A stretch of 64,000 nt of DNA, taken from Parcubacteria group bacterium Greene1014_15. Lineage in GTDB: Bacteria; Patescibacteriota; Minisyncoccia; Phycocordibacterales; VMGT01. The stretch spans positions 4,470 to 68,469 of the forward strand of contig VMGT01000003.1 of assembly GCA_007376725.1 (NCBI GenBank), in the 5' to 3' direction. Positions 27,315 to 38,500 of the stretch are shown here, in pieces (position 1 is the first letter of the stretch; every line of letters begins with the position of its first letter). The notes under the pieces were generated by a model. The model saw only the letters and a program-made list of their open reading frames with translations. It was not told where the DNA came from and did no database searches. Made by a program: the position numbers and the translations under genes.

Positions 27315-28007
27315 TTACCTGATAACATAGACAACATTTTTTCTTTCCACGACCACTTTCCATTTGTTTCGTCTGGCATGGCGATAGAGAACCATAGTCG
27401 GATTAAAACATATAGGTGTCTCGACAAGTTCGAGAAATGCATAATCTCCTTCGGAATCTCCAACTCCGATTGATTTTTTAAGTTTCAGATTTTCTTTTTC
27501 TACAACCCGCTTTACGATATTCGCTTTGTTGGCGATAAGGTGCAGATCGCTCACCTTTCCTGTAAGTTTGTTTCCAGGTCCGATTTCATACATGCGACCA
27601 TACACTTTGTCAAAACCAAGATGATGGCAAAATTTATCGAGAACATCTTTTGGTGATTGCGATATAGCAAGCAGAAAGTACCCTTTTGCTTTTAATTCTG
27701 AAATAAGATCGCGGGTATAACGATAGACACGGTTTTTGTGCTTCTGAACAACCCGTTCGCCGGCAATAATAAAATCTGGATAATAAACGCCTTTTATGTG
27801 TTTGTGAAAAGTTGTTATCGTAGCATTAATGTACGGATCATACTCATCTTCTCTATCAAGCCAGCGCAGGTGTGCAAGCTCATACTCTTTGCGCGCGCTT
27901 TCTGGAAAAATATCGGCGTTAATCAATTCTTCAACAATTTCTATAAGTAAGCTTGAACGAAAAATAGTTCCGTCAACATCGAAAATCGCAACTTTTCTTT
28001 TATTCAT
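27315..28007 (-). CDS. HAD-IB family hydrolase (SerB-like)
   Basis: IFDVDGT, ISQS, K, GDSEGD; ATG 28007 has TATTAT 6 nt upstream. Confidence 0.88.
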   Translation of the reverse strand: MNKRKVAIFDVDGTIFRSSLLIEIVEELINADIFPESARKEYELAHLRWLDREDEYDPYINATITTFHKHIKGVYYPDFIIAGERVVQKHKNRVYRYTRDLISELKAKGYFLLAISQSPKDVLDKFCHHLGFDKVYGRMYEIGPGNKLTGKVSDLHLIANKANIVKRVVEKENLKLKKSIGVGDSEGDYAFLELVETPICFNPTMVLYRHARRNKWKVVVERKNVVYVIR

Positions 28008-28034
28008 GAGACCATAATACACCCAAAAGCATTA

Positions 28035-28215
28035 GAGCCTATCCACTATCTAATGCCTAGACGAAATGTTCAAAATTCGTTGCGAAAATTGCGTATTTTG
28101 AGGAAGCATAAGGGGAAGCTGACGAAAAATACATAATTTACAGCAGAATTTTGGACATTTCGGCAGGCAAGCTATATTTTGCTTTGTATTTTGCGGTTAG
28201 ATAGTGGATAGGCTC
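28035..28215. mobile_element. MITE family B, full copy
   Basis: Perfect 19-bp TIRs GAGCCTATCCACTATCTAA / TTAGATAGTGGATAGGCTC; flanks TTA / TTG. Confidence 0.82.
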
Positions 28216-28378
28216 TTGGGTTTGCGAATGTTATTGGGTATATAATCACGGCGCTCGGAGAAAATGAAAGTAGAAACTTTCGCTTTCTCCTCGCTTGTGA
28301 TTATAGCAGAGATTTGGTTCGTTTGACACGATGTATAGCAAAGTTTTATAGTGCAGGCAGACAAGGACAAAAAAGGGG

Positions 28379-29011
28379 GTGGCCATGGCAATAATCGAAA
28401 AGATGACGTTCCTTAAAGCAAACGAGAATCGGGAAAGCTTTTTTCGCCGTATAGCGCTGTTTTATCCGAAACTCGACTACCGTTATATCATGATCGAACG
28501 TGCGTATGATGACGCAAAGGATGCGTTTCGCGAGATGTATCGGGACGAAGGCATACGATATTTCGAGCATTTACGCTGCACGGCTCTTATTTTGATAGAT
28601 TGGCTGCGTGTGCGAGATCACCATCTCATCGTCGCTGCCCTGCTCCATGATATTGTAGAAGATAAAGAATCGTGGACGATTGATCGTGTGTGCGAAGAAT
28701 ACGATATTGAAATTGCGCGTCTCCTCGAGTTTTTGAGCAAGGAAGATGTGTCCTTATATACATCCAAAGAAGAACGCGATCGCGTATATCATGAGCGATT
28801 TGAATATGCTCCACGAGATTTCTTTTTTGTTAAGCTTGCCGATCGTCTTCATAATCTCATTACCGGTACAGGGACGACGAAAGAGAAACGGGAAAGGAAG
28901 ATAGTTGAGACCAAGCGCTATTACTTACCGTATGCTGAAAAGCACTGCATCCTCATACACGAGCTTGAAGAGGCAATTGAGATTCTCGAAGCTTTTGACC
29001 GAACAACATAG
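28379..29011 (+). CDS. HD-domain hydrolase, RelA/SpoT-type (small alarmone hydrolase-like)
   Basis: R.EGIRYFEH, AALLHDIVED, VKLADRLHN; no synthetase domain. Confidence 0.85.
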   Translation: MAMAIIEKMTFLKANENRESFFRRIALFYPKLDYRYIMIERAYDDAKDAFREMYRDEGIRYFEHLRCTALILIDWLRVRDHHLIVAALLHDIVEDKESWTIDRVCEEYDIEIARLLEFLSKEDVSLYTSKEERDRVYHERFEYAPRDFFFVKLADRLHNLITGTGTTKEKRERKIVETKRYYLPYAEKHCILIHELEEAIEILEAFDRTT

Positions 29012-29018
29012 ACGCATC

Positions 29019-29047
29019 GAACGCCACCTTTTTTTCTGGTGGCGTTC
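29019..29047 (+). terminator. Hairpin
   Basis: GAACGCCACC..GGTGGCGTTC. Confidence 0.6.
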
Positions 29048-29082
29048 TTGTTTAAGGTAAGTATACGTGCGATACTCTCTAT

Positions 29083-29628
29083 ATGTTGAGCCAATATACG
29101 AAGATTCGGATGATTATTGCAATCATTGTTTGTCTGTTTTTGATAGGTGTTTTTCTATTTGTCAGACGTGACAAGACGGTAAGAGTAGCAACCTTTGATG
29201 AATGCATTAAAGCGGGCTATGCGGTCATTGATTCGTTTCCCAAGAGATGTTTAGACAACGAGAGCATCGTTCATATCGAAGATGTTGGAAATATGGTTGA
29301 AATGCAAAATGAAATCCAAATCAATGCGCCTGAAAGAAACACGGTTATTACCGCTAATTTAGTTATTTTAGGGAAAGCTCGGAAAGATTGGTTCGTTGAC
29401 GGAAAAATTTCAGGATCGCTCGTTGATACAGAAGGTATAGTTCTTGGTCAGTTTGTTGCTGAAGCTGAAAAAGGAAATATAAACAAAACTCTAAGAGAAT
29501 TTAGCGGAAAAATGATATGGCGTTTACGAGATACAGACGCACTCAAGGGAAGTATTGTTTTGAAAAAAGGCAAAGTAACAGGCACAGGCAGTGAAATTAG
29601 AATGCCAGTGTTTTTGCGACCAGACTAA
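29083..29628 (+). CDS. Membrane-anchored Gmad2-like Ig domain protein
   Basis: TM, FDECIKAGY..SFPKRC, I.I.AP....I...L.I.GKAR..WF. Confidence 0.7.
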   Translation: MLSQYTKIRMIIAIIVCLFLIGVFLFVRRDKTVRVATFDECIKAGYAVIDSFPKRCLDNESIVHIEDVGNMVEMQNEIQINAPERNTVITANLVILGKARKDWFVDGKISGSLVDTEGIVLGQFVAEAEKGNINKTLREFSGKMIWRLRDTDALKGSIVLKKGKVTGTGSEIRMPVFLRPD

Positions 29629-29629
29629 T

Positions 29630-29769
29630 CTAGTACCCCGTCAACAAACTAATGACGGCTACGATCCAAGAATTTCGGCTGCAAATGGAGTTTCGGTTTT
29701 CAATGAATCTCGATTCATTTCGAACCTCATCCTCCATTTTCGCTCGAAATTTTTGAATCCTAACTCGTC
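29630..29769. mobile_element. CTAG-type palindromic element (right end lost)
   Basis: Starts CTAGTACC like the 55067 element; long hairpin centred on AATGAATC-TC-GATTCATT. Confidence 0.6.
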
Positions 29770-31044
29770 TTACTGAACAACAATTTTCCCTTGCAAATCT
29801 TCGATCATTGTTGCACTTGAAACTGTATGCGTAAGTGTGATAACAGATTTGTTTGTTGCCCGAAGTGTGCTCACCCCATCGTCGCTTCCGATTGTTGAGT
29901 CAATAAACGTTATCTTGCTCTTGTCAAATGAATATGCGGCTTCCAAAAGACGTGATTTTTGAAATGTCGCCTCCGAGAAATCTTTTGTTTCAATAGTATC
30001 GATTATGCTGTCTTGTACAATTGCGACGGTATCCTCTGATTCGGTTATGGTATGAACAGCACTATTCTCGAGATAAAGTTTGTTAGTATGCTCGAGAAAA
30101 AAATTCCATGCCCGCACCGATGTATTGAGAAGGTGCAATTTGGCATCAACGAACTTCAATGTCTCATCTTTAAACAATCCGTTCATCAAACCACGGGCGG
30201 AAACAGTTTTTTGTTCCCATGGTCTTTGTGCATGAATATCAAGTGAAATGTTGTCAGTATTTCTGATAGTTATGTCTGATGCTGGCACGACACGAACATG
30301 CCACATTTTGACAGAGGAATTTGAAAGCGAGAGCACGGAAGAAATTTCAAATTCGTTTTTATTTGGAAAAACATACGCCGCTGTTGTTTGTTGTGGAAAT
30401 GCTTCATCCACACGAGCCCCTGTTCCAAAGCAAGGGTCGAGGAGGAGTTTTTTCGAGTTTTGTAGAGTGATTTCAGTGTTGTCGCATGTGGTCACATTCA
30501 CCGAGTCCCACGAGGTTATGTGTGCGCGACTTGAATCCATGAATTTCTGAAACGGGAAACAGCCGGCTGCTGTTGTTGTTATATCCTGTGCAGCAAGAGA
30601 AGCACTATCATGAAAATTCCAAGAAACGGTTTCTTCACACGAAACGGCAAGGATGGAATTTTGGAGAATGACTCTACTGTTGTCATACGCGTTGAGCGCA
30701 ATTATTTTACCAAGCGAACTTACGTGCTCAAATAAACTATTTCTAACGACAAGTGTCGCATTGTCTTTGAGTACGATGGATTCTCCGACAAGATAGTGTT
30801 GATTTTCGATAACGAGCTTCTGGTCGCCCCGCAGTATGATTGGTTTGTTTTCCACATCGATTCCTTCGTAGTCAGAGTTGTCATTTTTAACCGACCGATC
30901 CGCGGGAAGGGTGGAAGTTGTAACAGGCGGAACACGCGATACATACGTATGAGTGCGCAGACTTTTATAGACACCAATAAGAAAAGCAAGCGTACAGGTA
31001 ACGATGACGATCATCATGTATGTTTTTTTACTGAATATATCCAT
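29770..31044 (-). CDS. Membrane-anchored beta-solenoid-like hypothetical protein
   Basis: N-terminal TM; repeated short strands (L.NS, I.DS); TATACT 6 nt upstream of the ATG. Confidence 0.7.
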   Translation of the reverse strand: MDIFSKKTYMMIVIVTCTLAFLIGVYKSLRTHTYVSRVPPVTTSTLPADRSVKNDNSDYEGIDVENKPIILRGDQKLVIENQHYLVGESIVLKDNATLVVRNSLFEHVSSLGKIIALNAYDNSRVILQNSILAVSCEETVSWNFHDSASLAAQDITTTAAGCFPFQKFMDSSRAHITSWDSVNVTTCDNTEITLQNSKKLLLDPCFGTGARVDEAFPQQTTAAYVFPNKNEFEISSVLSLSNSSVKMWHVRVVPASDITIRNTDNISLDIHAQRPWEQKTVSARGLMNGLFKDETLKFVDAKLHLLNTSVRAWNFFLEHTNKLYLENSAVHTITESEDTVAIVQDSIIDTIETKDFSEATFQKSRLLEAAYSFDKSKITFIDSTIGSDDGVSTLRATNKSVITLTHTVSSATMIEDLQGKIVVQ

Positions 31045-31083
31045 AGTATAAGTATATAGGTTGTTATATCATTTACATATATA

Positions 31084-31281
31084 GGACCCACGCATTTGGC
31101 GCACTTCTTTGTCAAAGACTCCGCGCCGCGTTCGTCGTATATAGATAGTAATTATATATCGACGGCGTTCGGACGAAATGAAAATAGTAACTTTCATTTC
31201 GCATCCTCACTGGTCGATATAAGGAATACGTCTCACTTGGTGCTCGTCTTTTCCTCGAACTGCATCCAAATGCGTAGGTCC
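31084..31281. mobile_element. TA-flanked MITE
   Basis: TIRs GGACCCACGCATTTGG / CCAAATGCGTAGGTCC with TA on both sides. Confidence 0.75.
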
Positions 31282-31296
31282 TAATAGACTGTAAAT

Positions 31297-32226
31297 ATGG
31301 ATGATTTTATCTTTCTACTCTTTGTTACCTTATTGATACACGGGGCATACGGTCTCGGTGTAATGCGGCGCACAAAAAAAATGCTTCGTACGCAAATGGC
31401 ACACTATGAACGCCGACTGCACATTATGGCACACAGCCTTTATGCGCCGCTCGGATCAATACAAAATTTCACCGAACTGTTGGGTTCTGAAAAAATACAG
31501 AAAGACAAAAACAAAGTGGCCGAATACATAGATATCATTGATGATAATGTTGTGCGTATGCTCGAAACGTTACGTTATTACATAGATATTTCACGTATAG
31601 AAAATAATGCTTTTGCAATCTTCGTTCGAGATTATTCTCTGCCTGCTGTTGTCGAAGAACGACTTCACTTTTATGGATCCCGGGCATTTAAATCTTCCGT
31701 GTCGCTCAAGATGCATATAGGGAAAGGCCTGCCACCCAAAATGGAGTTCGATTCTCATGCGGTGAGCAATATGATTGATCGTTTACTTTCTTGCATGATT
31801 GAACGTTCAAAAGCAGATGATACCGTGACTCTGCGAGTTTTTTATATTCCAAGCGGTGAAACTTTTGCATCCGCCGCAAAAGAGAGTGGGATCGTGTGTA
31901 GTTTGCCGGAAGAACTTCCACAGCTGCTTTCTGATCAAAACAAGATTGTCGTTTTGATTAACTCCTCACGAGATATATTCGAACAACATGAAATGCAGAC
32001 CATGTTTGATGGCGCGATACAAGATCTGGTATTTCCAGACACGAATGAACTCACTTTGCAAGCTCTCGCGCGTACACACCGTGTTGGCCTTATGGTCGTT
32101 AAACGCTTTGCGGAAGCACACGGAGGAACTGCGGGCGCTTTCAATTGCAAAGAAGGATCTTCAATTTATTTTACGCTTCAGCAGATTGAAACCACAGGAA
32201 ATGACATGATTCATGCATGGAAGTAG
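31297..32226 (+). CDS. Degenerate histidine kinase (pseudokinase) with one TM
   Basis: H-box AHSLYAPL; N, G1 and G2 boxes eroded (LLSCMIERS, NSSRDIF, HRVGL..EAHGG). Confidence 0.72.
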   Translation: MDDFIFLLFVTLLIHGAYGLGVMRRTKKMLRTQMAHYERRLHIMAHSLYAPLGSIQNFTELLGSEKIQKDKNKVAEYIDIIDDNVVRMLETLRYYIDISRIENNAFAIFVRDYSLPAVVEERLHFYGSRAFKSSVSLKMHIGKGLPPKMEFDSHAVSNMIDRLLSCMIERSKADDTVTLRVFYIPSGETFASAAKESGIVCSLPEELPQLLSDQNKIVVLINSSRDIFEQHEMQTMFDGAIQDLVFPDTNELTLQALARTHRVGLMVVKRFAEAHGGTAGAFNCKEGSSIYFTLQQIETTGNDMIHAWK

Positions 32227-32260
32227 TTCTGTAATTGTCTGTTTATGGTAGTATATCGTC

Positions 32261-33112
32261 ATGGCAAAAGACACCCATTACAACAAGCACGATGTTCTAT
32301 TGCTTGAACAACAAATCAAGGATCTTCGCGAGGAAGCAAAAACTAAGGACGAGTTTATTCGTATAACAAACCACGAATTACGGACGCCGCTTGATATCAT
32401 TCGCGGAAATCTTGACATGGTTCTCAAGGGAGAAGCAGGCGAAATATCAGCAAGTACACGTGAATATCTCGTCGATGCTTTATTTGGAGCCGACCGCCTG
32501 ACAGGGCTTGTCGACGATATGCTCGATATCGCGCGAATTACAACAGGACAAATGCGTTTTGAATTAACGGAAATAAATATCTGCGAACTTCTTGAAACCG
32601 TGGAAAAAGAGTTTTCCCCCATAGCAAAAGAAAAACGACTCGTTCTCTACAAAGACTGTTTCAAAGATGTACCGCTCGTGTACAGCGATAAATCGCGTCT
32701 GTTCCAAATTTTCGACAATCTTATTGGAAATGCGTTCAAATTTACACCGCGCGGAGGTTCTGTCACGATACGCGTCGTTGATGATCACGCAAATGTTCCA
32801 GATACAATTCTTGTTTCTGTCATTGACACAGGCAGCGGCATTAAAAAAGAAGATATATCGAAACTTTTCAAACAATTTCCAGATATCGAAAAACGCATCT
32901 TACCAACAGAAAAAGGCACAGGCCTCGGTCTCAATCTTGTCTGGCATGTTCTTAAGGCGCTTGGTGGAGAGATTTGGGCAGAATCTGATGGTTTTGGCAA
33001 GGGAACGACATTTTTCTTCCGGCTTCCTATCGCCGGAAGTGAGCGTGGAAAACAACTCTATAACTATCATGCCGTTTATTTAAAGTCGGGGAGCGATGCT
33101 CGCAAGGAATAA
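32261..33112 (+). CDS. Sensorless histidine kinase (HisKA-HATPase)
   Basis: NHELRTPL about 38 aa from the N-terminus; NAFKFT, DTGSGI, GTGLGL. Confidence 0.92.
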   Translation: MAKDTHYNKHDVLLLEQQIKDLREEAKTKDEFIRITNHELRTPLDIIRGNLDMVLKGEAGEISASTREYLVDALFGADRLTGLVDDMLDIARITTGQMRFELTEINICELLETVEKEFSPIAKEKRLVLYKDCFKDVPLVYSDKSRLFQIFDNLIGNAFKFTPRGGSVTIRVVDDHANVPDTILVSVIDTGSGIKKEDISKLFKQFPDIEKRILPTEKGTGLGLNLVWHVLKALGGEIWAESDGFGKGTTFFFRLPIAGSERGKQLYNYHAVYLKSGSDARKE

Positions 33113-33164
33113 GAATATTGTACGGTATTTTGATCACATGATACAATGAAATGCACTATAAGCT

Positions 33165-33620
33165 ATGGCTAAATTATTGTTAGTTGAAGATGATCCGCTC
33201 ATGGTACGCATGTATCAGCGCAAACTTATTAATGATGGATACGACGTTGAAGTTGCGGTTAATGGAGAAGATGGACTCGTGAAGATTCGTTCTTTTTCTC
33301 CTGACCTTGTGTTGCTCGACATCATGATGCCGAAGGTAAATGGCCTGCAGGTGCTTGAACGAGTCAAGTCGGATCCCACCATAAGCAAAATACCGATCAT
33401 CATTCTTACAAACTTAGGCGGTTCGCAAGAGGATATTGAACGGGGACTTGAACTTGGCGCTGTCGCATATTTAGTAAAATCAGCATATCGTCCAGATGAA
33501 GTAGTCGCAAAAGTAAAAGAGGTTCTTGCAGGCTACACAAAATCAAAAGAAGTGCCTGATGCCGCGAGCTCTTCAGCAAGCAAAAAAGTCATTGAGGAAA
33601 CGTCAAAAAAGAAAAAATAA
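33165..33620 (+). CDS. Single-domain response regulator
   Basis: VEDD, LLDIMMP, LTNL, YLVK; basic low-complexity tail. Confidence 0.92.
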   Translation: MAKLLLVEDDPLMVRMYQRKLINDGYDVEVAVNGEDGLVKIRSFSPDLVLLDIMMPKVNGLQVLERVKSDPTISKIPIIILTNLGGSQEDIERGLELGAVAYLVKSAYRPDEVVAKVKEVLAGYTKSKEVPDAASSSASKKVIEETSKKKK

Positions 33621-33654
33621 CAAAACACTCGTCCTAAAAAGGATGGGTGTTTTG
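33621..33654 (+). terminator. Hairpin
   Basis: CAAAACACTCGTCCT..AGGATGGGTGTTTTG. Confidence 0.55.
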
Positions 33655-33698
33655 AGAGCACTAGGAGAAATTGAGTGACTCATACAGAGAGAACACCG

Positions 33699-33830
33699 GA
33701 AGAAATGCGTAGGAAGAAATAGGAAGAAATGGGGACAGAGGAAGAAATGGGGACAGGCACAATTATTATCTCCTCCAAGGAGATAATAATTGTGCCTGTC
33801 CCCATTTCTTCAAGACCCATTTCTTCAAGA
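33699..33830. repeat. Perfect 34-bp-arm palindrome with stuttered partial arm copies (REP-like)
   Basis: Arms 33741-33774 and 33778-33811 are exact inverses; flanking GGAAGAAAT and CCCATTTCTTCAAGA repeats. Confidence 0.8.
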
Positions 33831-33856
33831 CTAATGACTATTACCTATAGACTATC

Positions 33857-35536
33857 CTATACCTGCTGATTATGTGTAATAAAGCGTGCGAGCCATGCGA
33901 GAGGGAGAATGGAAAGCAACATGAAAATAATTGAGAGTGAAAAAGTAAGGCGCAGTGTATCACTGGCTACAGCGAGAATAGAGGCTTGAGATCTGCCCGT
34001 AAAAAGCATGCCAATCGGTGTTTCTTCAACATCAAGTATCGGGATGTACGAGGCGAGATAGGGCTGATTCAAAACGGACGCCGTGCCTGTGTGTCTTTCA
34101 CCTTTCGTAAGCACTGCTGTCGTGATATTTGTGTCCACTTCACGTGTCCCAATAAGGCGCGTGCTTGTATTGGGAAGTGTAAATGTTGTTGCCGCCGCTA
34201 CATCTTTTGCGAAAATGGTCACATCGAGGCTAGTCACTTCTTTAACTCCATCAACAAAGGCAATGTCCATAAGATAGCCGGTAACAACAGCACCGATAAT
34301 TTCAAGTCGACCGTCTTCACGAGTGTCTACAATCGGGCTCGCGGCACGAATTGAGATTGTTGGTATGGTGACTCCTTCTTCAGACTGGGTGGTAACAACC
34401 GCTTTGCCATCGAGAGCGCGCCATACAACTGGATCTTGCGCGATACTGTCACCAAACCGATCTCGGTCTTCCGCGCGCATAATAACTTCGCCTCCTGTAT
34501 TGACCGCGAGCATGAAGTCAGTTTCGTTTTCGAACATCAAGGCATTGAGATTGTTAAAGAGCGCATCTTTATCATTTGCGCGCACAGCTTCGCGCGTCTG
34601 GGGGTTTGTTGATGCAATACGGGCTGCAAGGATTGCTGACTCTTTTACTTTGGAAAGAGCAAATTCGAGTGTTTTAACATTTGTTTCAAGGTCTTGTGTT
34701 GCACGCTGCTGTGTTTTATTGAGTAAGAAACCGGTATAAAAAATAGTTGTTGTGACAAAAATGAGAAAAGAAAGAGCGACAAAACTCGAGAAAATTTGAG
34801 GAAATATGCGAAAGCGGATAAAGCCCCAGGCCCAAGCGCCAAGCGATACGGCGCCGATGAACTTGAAAAAATTTTCGATTATCCAAAATAATCCGTTGTC
34901 GGCCGCGAAACGAGCAATAAGCACATTAGATGAGCTTTCAAGTAAACTCAAAATTGCTACGCCAAGACCTATCGAAAGAAACAAGAAACCTCGATAAAAA
35001 TGTTTCCATTCACTCTGGATGCCGTATGAGTAGTGAATATAGAGAAGAGCTGTGATTAAGCTCGAGAAAATACAGAGCCAAATTTTAGGTTGCGTAAAAA
35101 TGAAGCCAAGAACACCTATGAGGGGAGCAAGTGTTGCAAGGACGTGTTTGAGGGGTGTAGCAATAAAAAGAGGAACGATGGCCAAGTCGGTCTGTTTTTC
35201 AAGAATCCATCCGAAGAAGAGCGGCGGACGCTTCCCTGGTTTGATCGGAACAGGATCCATGAGAAGACTGGCCAGAATGAAACCGAATCCAAGAAGACCA
35301 ATAAGATCAACAAGAAGCGCTTGATTGAGCCCTTCAAAACCGATAAAACCATGTGGCGCCGCCCCGATGAATCCCCACAGAGTTAACACAAAAAAACCAA
35401 CAGCGCGCAGGAGGGTTTTACCCTTGCGCTCTATCATCCATCCGTCAAGATATATCCAACCAGCCGTCACCATGAGGAAGGCGATAAATATCTCAAGAAC
35501 GTAACGACTATTCTGTATCCAAAATAATTCCCACAT
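33857..35536 (-). CDS. Multi-TM membrane protein with Cache-like domains and no cytoplasmic output
   Basis: About 8 N-terminal TMs; IRAASPI, VTIFAKD..ATT..RLIGT..YIPILD..IGMLFTG; the protein ends just after the last TM. Confidence 0.78.
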   Translation of the reverse strand: MWELFWIQNSRYVLEIFIAFLMVTAGWIYLDGWMIERKGKTLLRAVGFFVLTLWGFIGAAPHGFIGFEGLNQALLVDLIGLLGFGFILASLLMDPVPIKPGKRPPLFFGWILEKQTDLAIVPLFIATPLKHVLATLAPLIGVLGFIFTQPKIWLCIFSSLITALLYIHYSYGIQSEWKHFYRGFLFLSIGLGVAILSLLESSSNVLIARFAADNGLFWIIENFFKFIGAVSLGAWAWGFIRFRIFPQIFSSFVALSFLIFVTTTIFYTGFLLNKTQQRATQDLETNVKTLEFALSKVKESAILAARIASTNPQTREAVRANDKDALFNNLNALMFENETDFMLAVNTGGEVIMRAEDRDRFGDSIAQDPVVWRALDGKAVVTTQSEEGVTIPTISIRAASPIVDTREDGRLEIIGAVVTGYLMDIAFVDGVKEVTSLDVTIFAKDVAAATTFTLPNTSTRLIGTREVDTNITTAVLTKGERHTGTASVLNQPYLASYIPILDVEETPIGMLFTGRSQASILAVASDTLRLTFSLSIIFMLLSILPLAWLARFITHNQQV

Positions 35537-35593
35537 TGTGGTATACGCTTAAATTATACTCGAAAGTGCGGGCGGTGTACTATCATGCGCAGT

Positions 35594-38500
35594 TCATAAC
35601 TTGCTCAATTTCTCTTTCACAGTTTCTTCGTTCATAAAACCAATATGCACTTCTCGAATAATACCCTTTCTGTCAATGAAAAAGTGCTGCGGCAGTGAAA
35701 AAATCGGGTAGATCGCCGTGATCTTTCCTTCCGTGTCAACAACACTCGGGACACTGTAGTTTCCTCGACGTAAATATGTTTCGACAACGCCGCTGCTTTG
35801 TTGCATGGAAACAAGTAAAATACGAATGTTATCGTTGTCAGCGCGAGCAATGGCATCGAGTATCGGGATTTGAATCTGCGCATGCGGCGACCAGGTGGCC
35901 CATGTCGAGAGTATTGTTTTCTTGCCGCGCAAGTAGCGAATATCAACGGGATTTTTGGTTGTGGCGTCAGGTAAAGAAAACAAAGGCGCAGTTTTGCCGA
36001 TGAGCTGACTGATAACCTTCGGAGGATTCGCTATAACATTTTCTCTCCCACCGACACCTTTGCTCTGAAAATCAGGTAATGACGGCAAAGAAATTCTTTT
36101 GCGAATAAATGGTACCGAAAAAGAAGCAATCGAGCTCTTTTTGCGTAAAGAAAAAGAGTTGTTAATGGAACGATGTTCACTCAAAGAGAATATGCCGCTA
36201 TACAAAGACTGATACGTATCACCCTCAATTTTAAGATAATATTTTCCGGGCGGAAGAATGAAACGATATTCACCTTTTTCTCCTGTGATCTGTGGATTTG
36301 CCTGATTGAAAATATCTCCCGGCCACACTTGATACTCTTTGGTCTCTGTTGAATATTCCCAAACGGTAACTCGCACGCCAGCAATTGGATTTTGATTTTT
36401 GCTCTCAAGAATTTTTCCCGACGAAGAGACGTGAATTTCGTTCATGGAACGAAGAGATTCTCGATGTGCCCCATCAATTGCAAAAACGTAGGTTTCGTAT
36501 TTTCCCGCATTAGGCAGGAGAATATCCCCAAACCAAACATCTTGCGCTTTTGAATAGACGAGAGGGAATTCAATCTGATCCGAACTACTCGTTTCTTGCG
36601 GTTCTGCAACAGTTATAGGTAGAAGAACAGTTGCAGATATTTGTGTAAATAGATCTGTGTCTTTAAGACCGGGAACAGTCAATATTCCTGTCTTCAGAAT
36701 AAATTCCTCACCATCACTGTCAGCTACCACATCTGCTTCAATAGAACCGGGTAGGGTGCTACCAGATGCATCTGTCGTTGCTGCTGGAATGGTAATTTCC
36801 TCGTCAATTCGATAGATTACATTCTTCTCTGAAGCAAAACGAGTTTTTTTGATAAGGCGTATGGCTTCTGCGCTTGTGTTTGTAATTTTGATCCTTCCCC
36901 TCGCACGCATATTTTGGCCGGGCAGCAACGCATGTGTGCGCACAGGTGTCGAGCTTGCAGACGTATCGATTTTTTTTGCAATCAACGAAACCGCAGTTGC
37001 GCCTCCTATTGCTGTTGTTACAAATCTCTGTGTAATGCCGGCGAGAGTTTCGATTGTGCCAAATTCAGAAGGAATGATCGATTGTGAGCCCATAAGAAAG
37101 ATATTTGCTCCGGTCGCCGGCGGTTTAATATCAACAATAAGTATTCGAGAGTTTGAAAGCCCAAGATTCTCCGAGTTATCTCGCGCTCGAAAAAGAATTG
37201 GGTAATTTCCGTCGCGCAGATTCGGTATTTTTGTGGTAAATATCGCTGCTGAAGATCCTATGCCAGTTACATCTCCTATTGGATGCCAAGAAACGCCCGC
37301 GTCGGAGGAGTATGCGATGCTTTCAATAACACCAAGAGCATCTTTTGCCTTGCCGCGAATAATCGGAGATACATTTTCTGTAGGATTTTCATCGAATTCA
37401 AAAAGAGTAACTTCGGGGGCTGTGATATCACCATCTGTTGATGTGATAGAAACCGTTACCGTTGTTTCCCCTGCGACCGTAAGCGGCGTCTGCGTGCCTG
37501 GTGATCCCGGCGGCAAGGCATTTGGTTTTTGAATCTGGATTATTGTTTGAATTTCAATAGTTTCTGTCGTAAATGTTCCTTCCTCGGAGCGGCTTTCAAT
37601 ACCGCGTTCATTTTTTACGACAATTTGGAAGTAATACGTTGTACCCGGCAAAAGATCGGCAAGGGTACGATCATGCTCCTGTACAAGGGAAGAGAATTCA
37701 CGTGAAATTATGGTGTATTCCTTCGGCTTTGTGCCAAAAAAAATTTGGGAAGAAGAGAGGAGGTCAGTTTTCCAAGTGATACGCGCCGATGTGGGACGGA
37801 CTGAAACCACAGAAATTTCAGTGATTAAAGGAGGTGGCGGAGCTGGCGGTAGGGGAGGAGGCAGCGCTTCAGGAGCTTTTGCGGTCTTGAATTTTTGATC
37901 TGGAGACATCGTAGAATTATTCAGAAGATCTGCTGAAATAACGCGGAAGTGATACTCGGTCTCCGGCTCAAGATTTTCGATATACAATGAGTGCTCGTTT
38001 GCGTAAAATTGTGTCTCTTTTGTCGTTGTGCCATAACTCGATGTTTTGCCCAATTCAACCCGCGCTGTCGCGCTTTCTTGTGTTTTCCATGTGATAATGA
38101 CTGTTCTATACGTCGAAGAGGCAATGATATCGGAAATAATGGGGCCGCTCGTATCGGACGCCCCGCCGGCCGGAGCGGTTCCACTGACAGAGACAGTATT
38201 GAGCGTAAATGTAGAATCACCTGTCGTAGCAAGATTGCCCGAAGCGTCACGTGACCGTACGCGATAATGATACGTCACTCCCGGAGAAAGATTCGAAAGA
38301 TTTATTGTGTGCGATGTGAGTAAAGAAGTCTCTGTTGTCGACTGACCATACGAAGCAGTCGAGCCAAATTCTACCTCCGCATCCGCAATCTCGTTTGTCG
38401 TCCATGAGATCGTGACTCCTATTGATGTAATATTGCTCGCTCCAACACTTGAAATGATCGGGGATGATGTATCTGTAGAAACTGCTGTCGTTGTCGCGCC

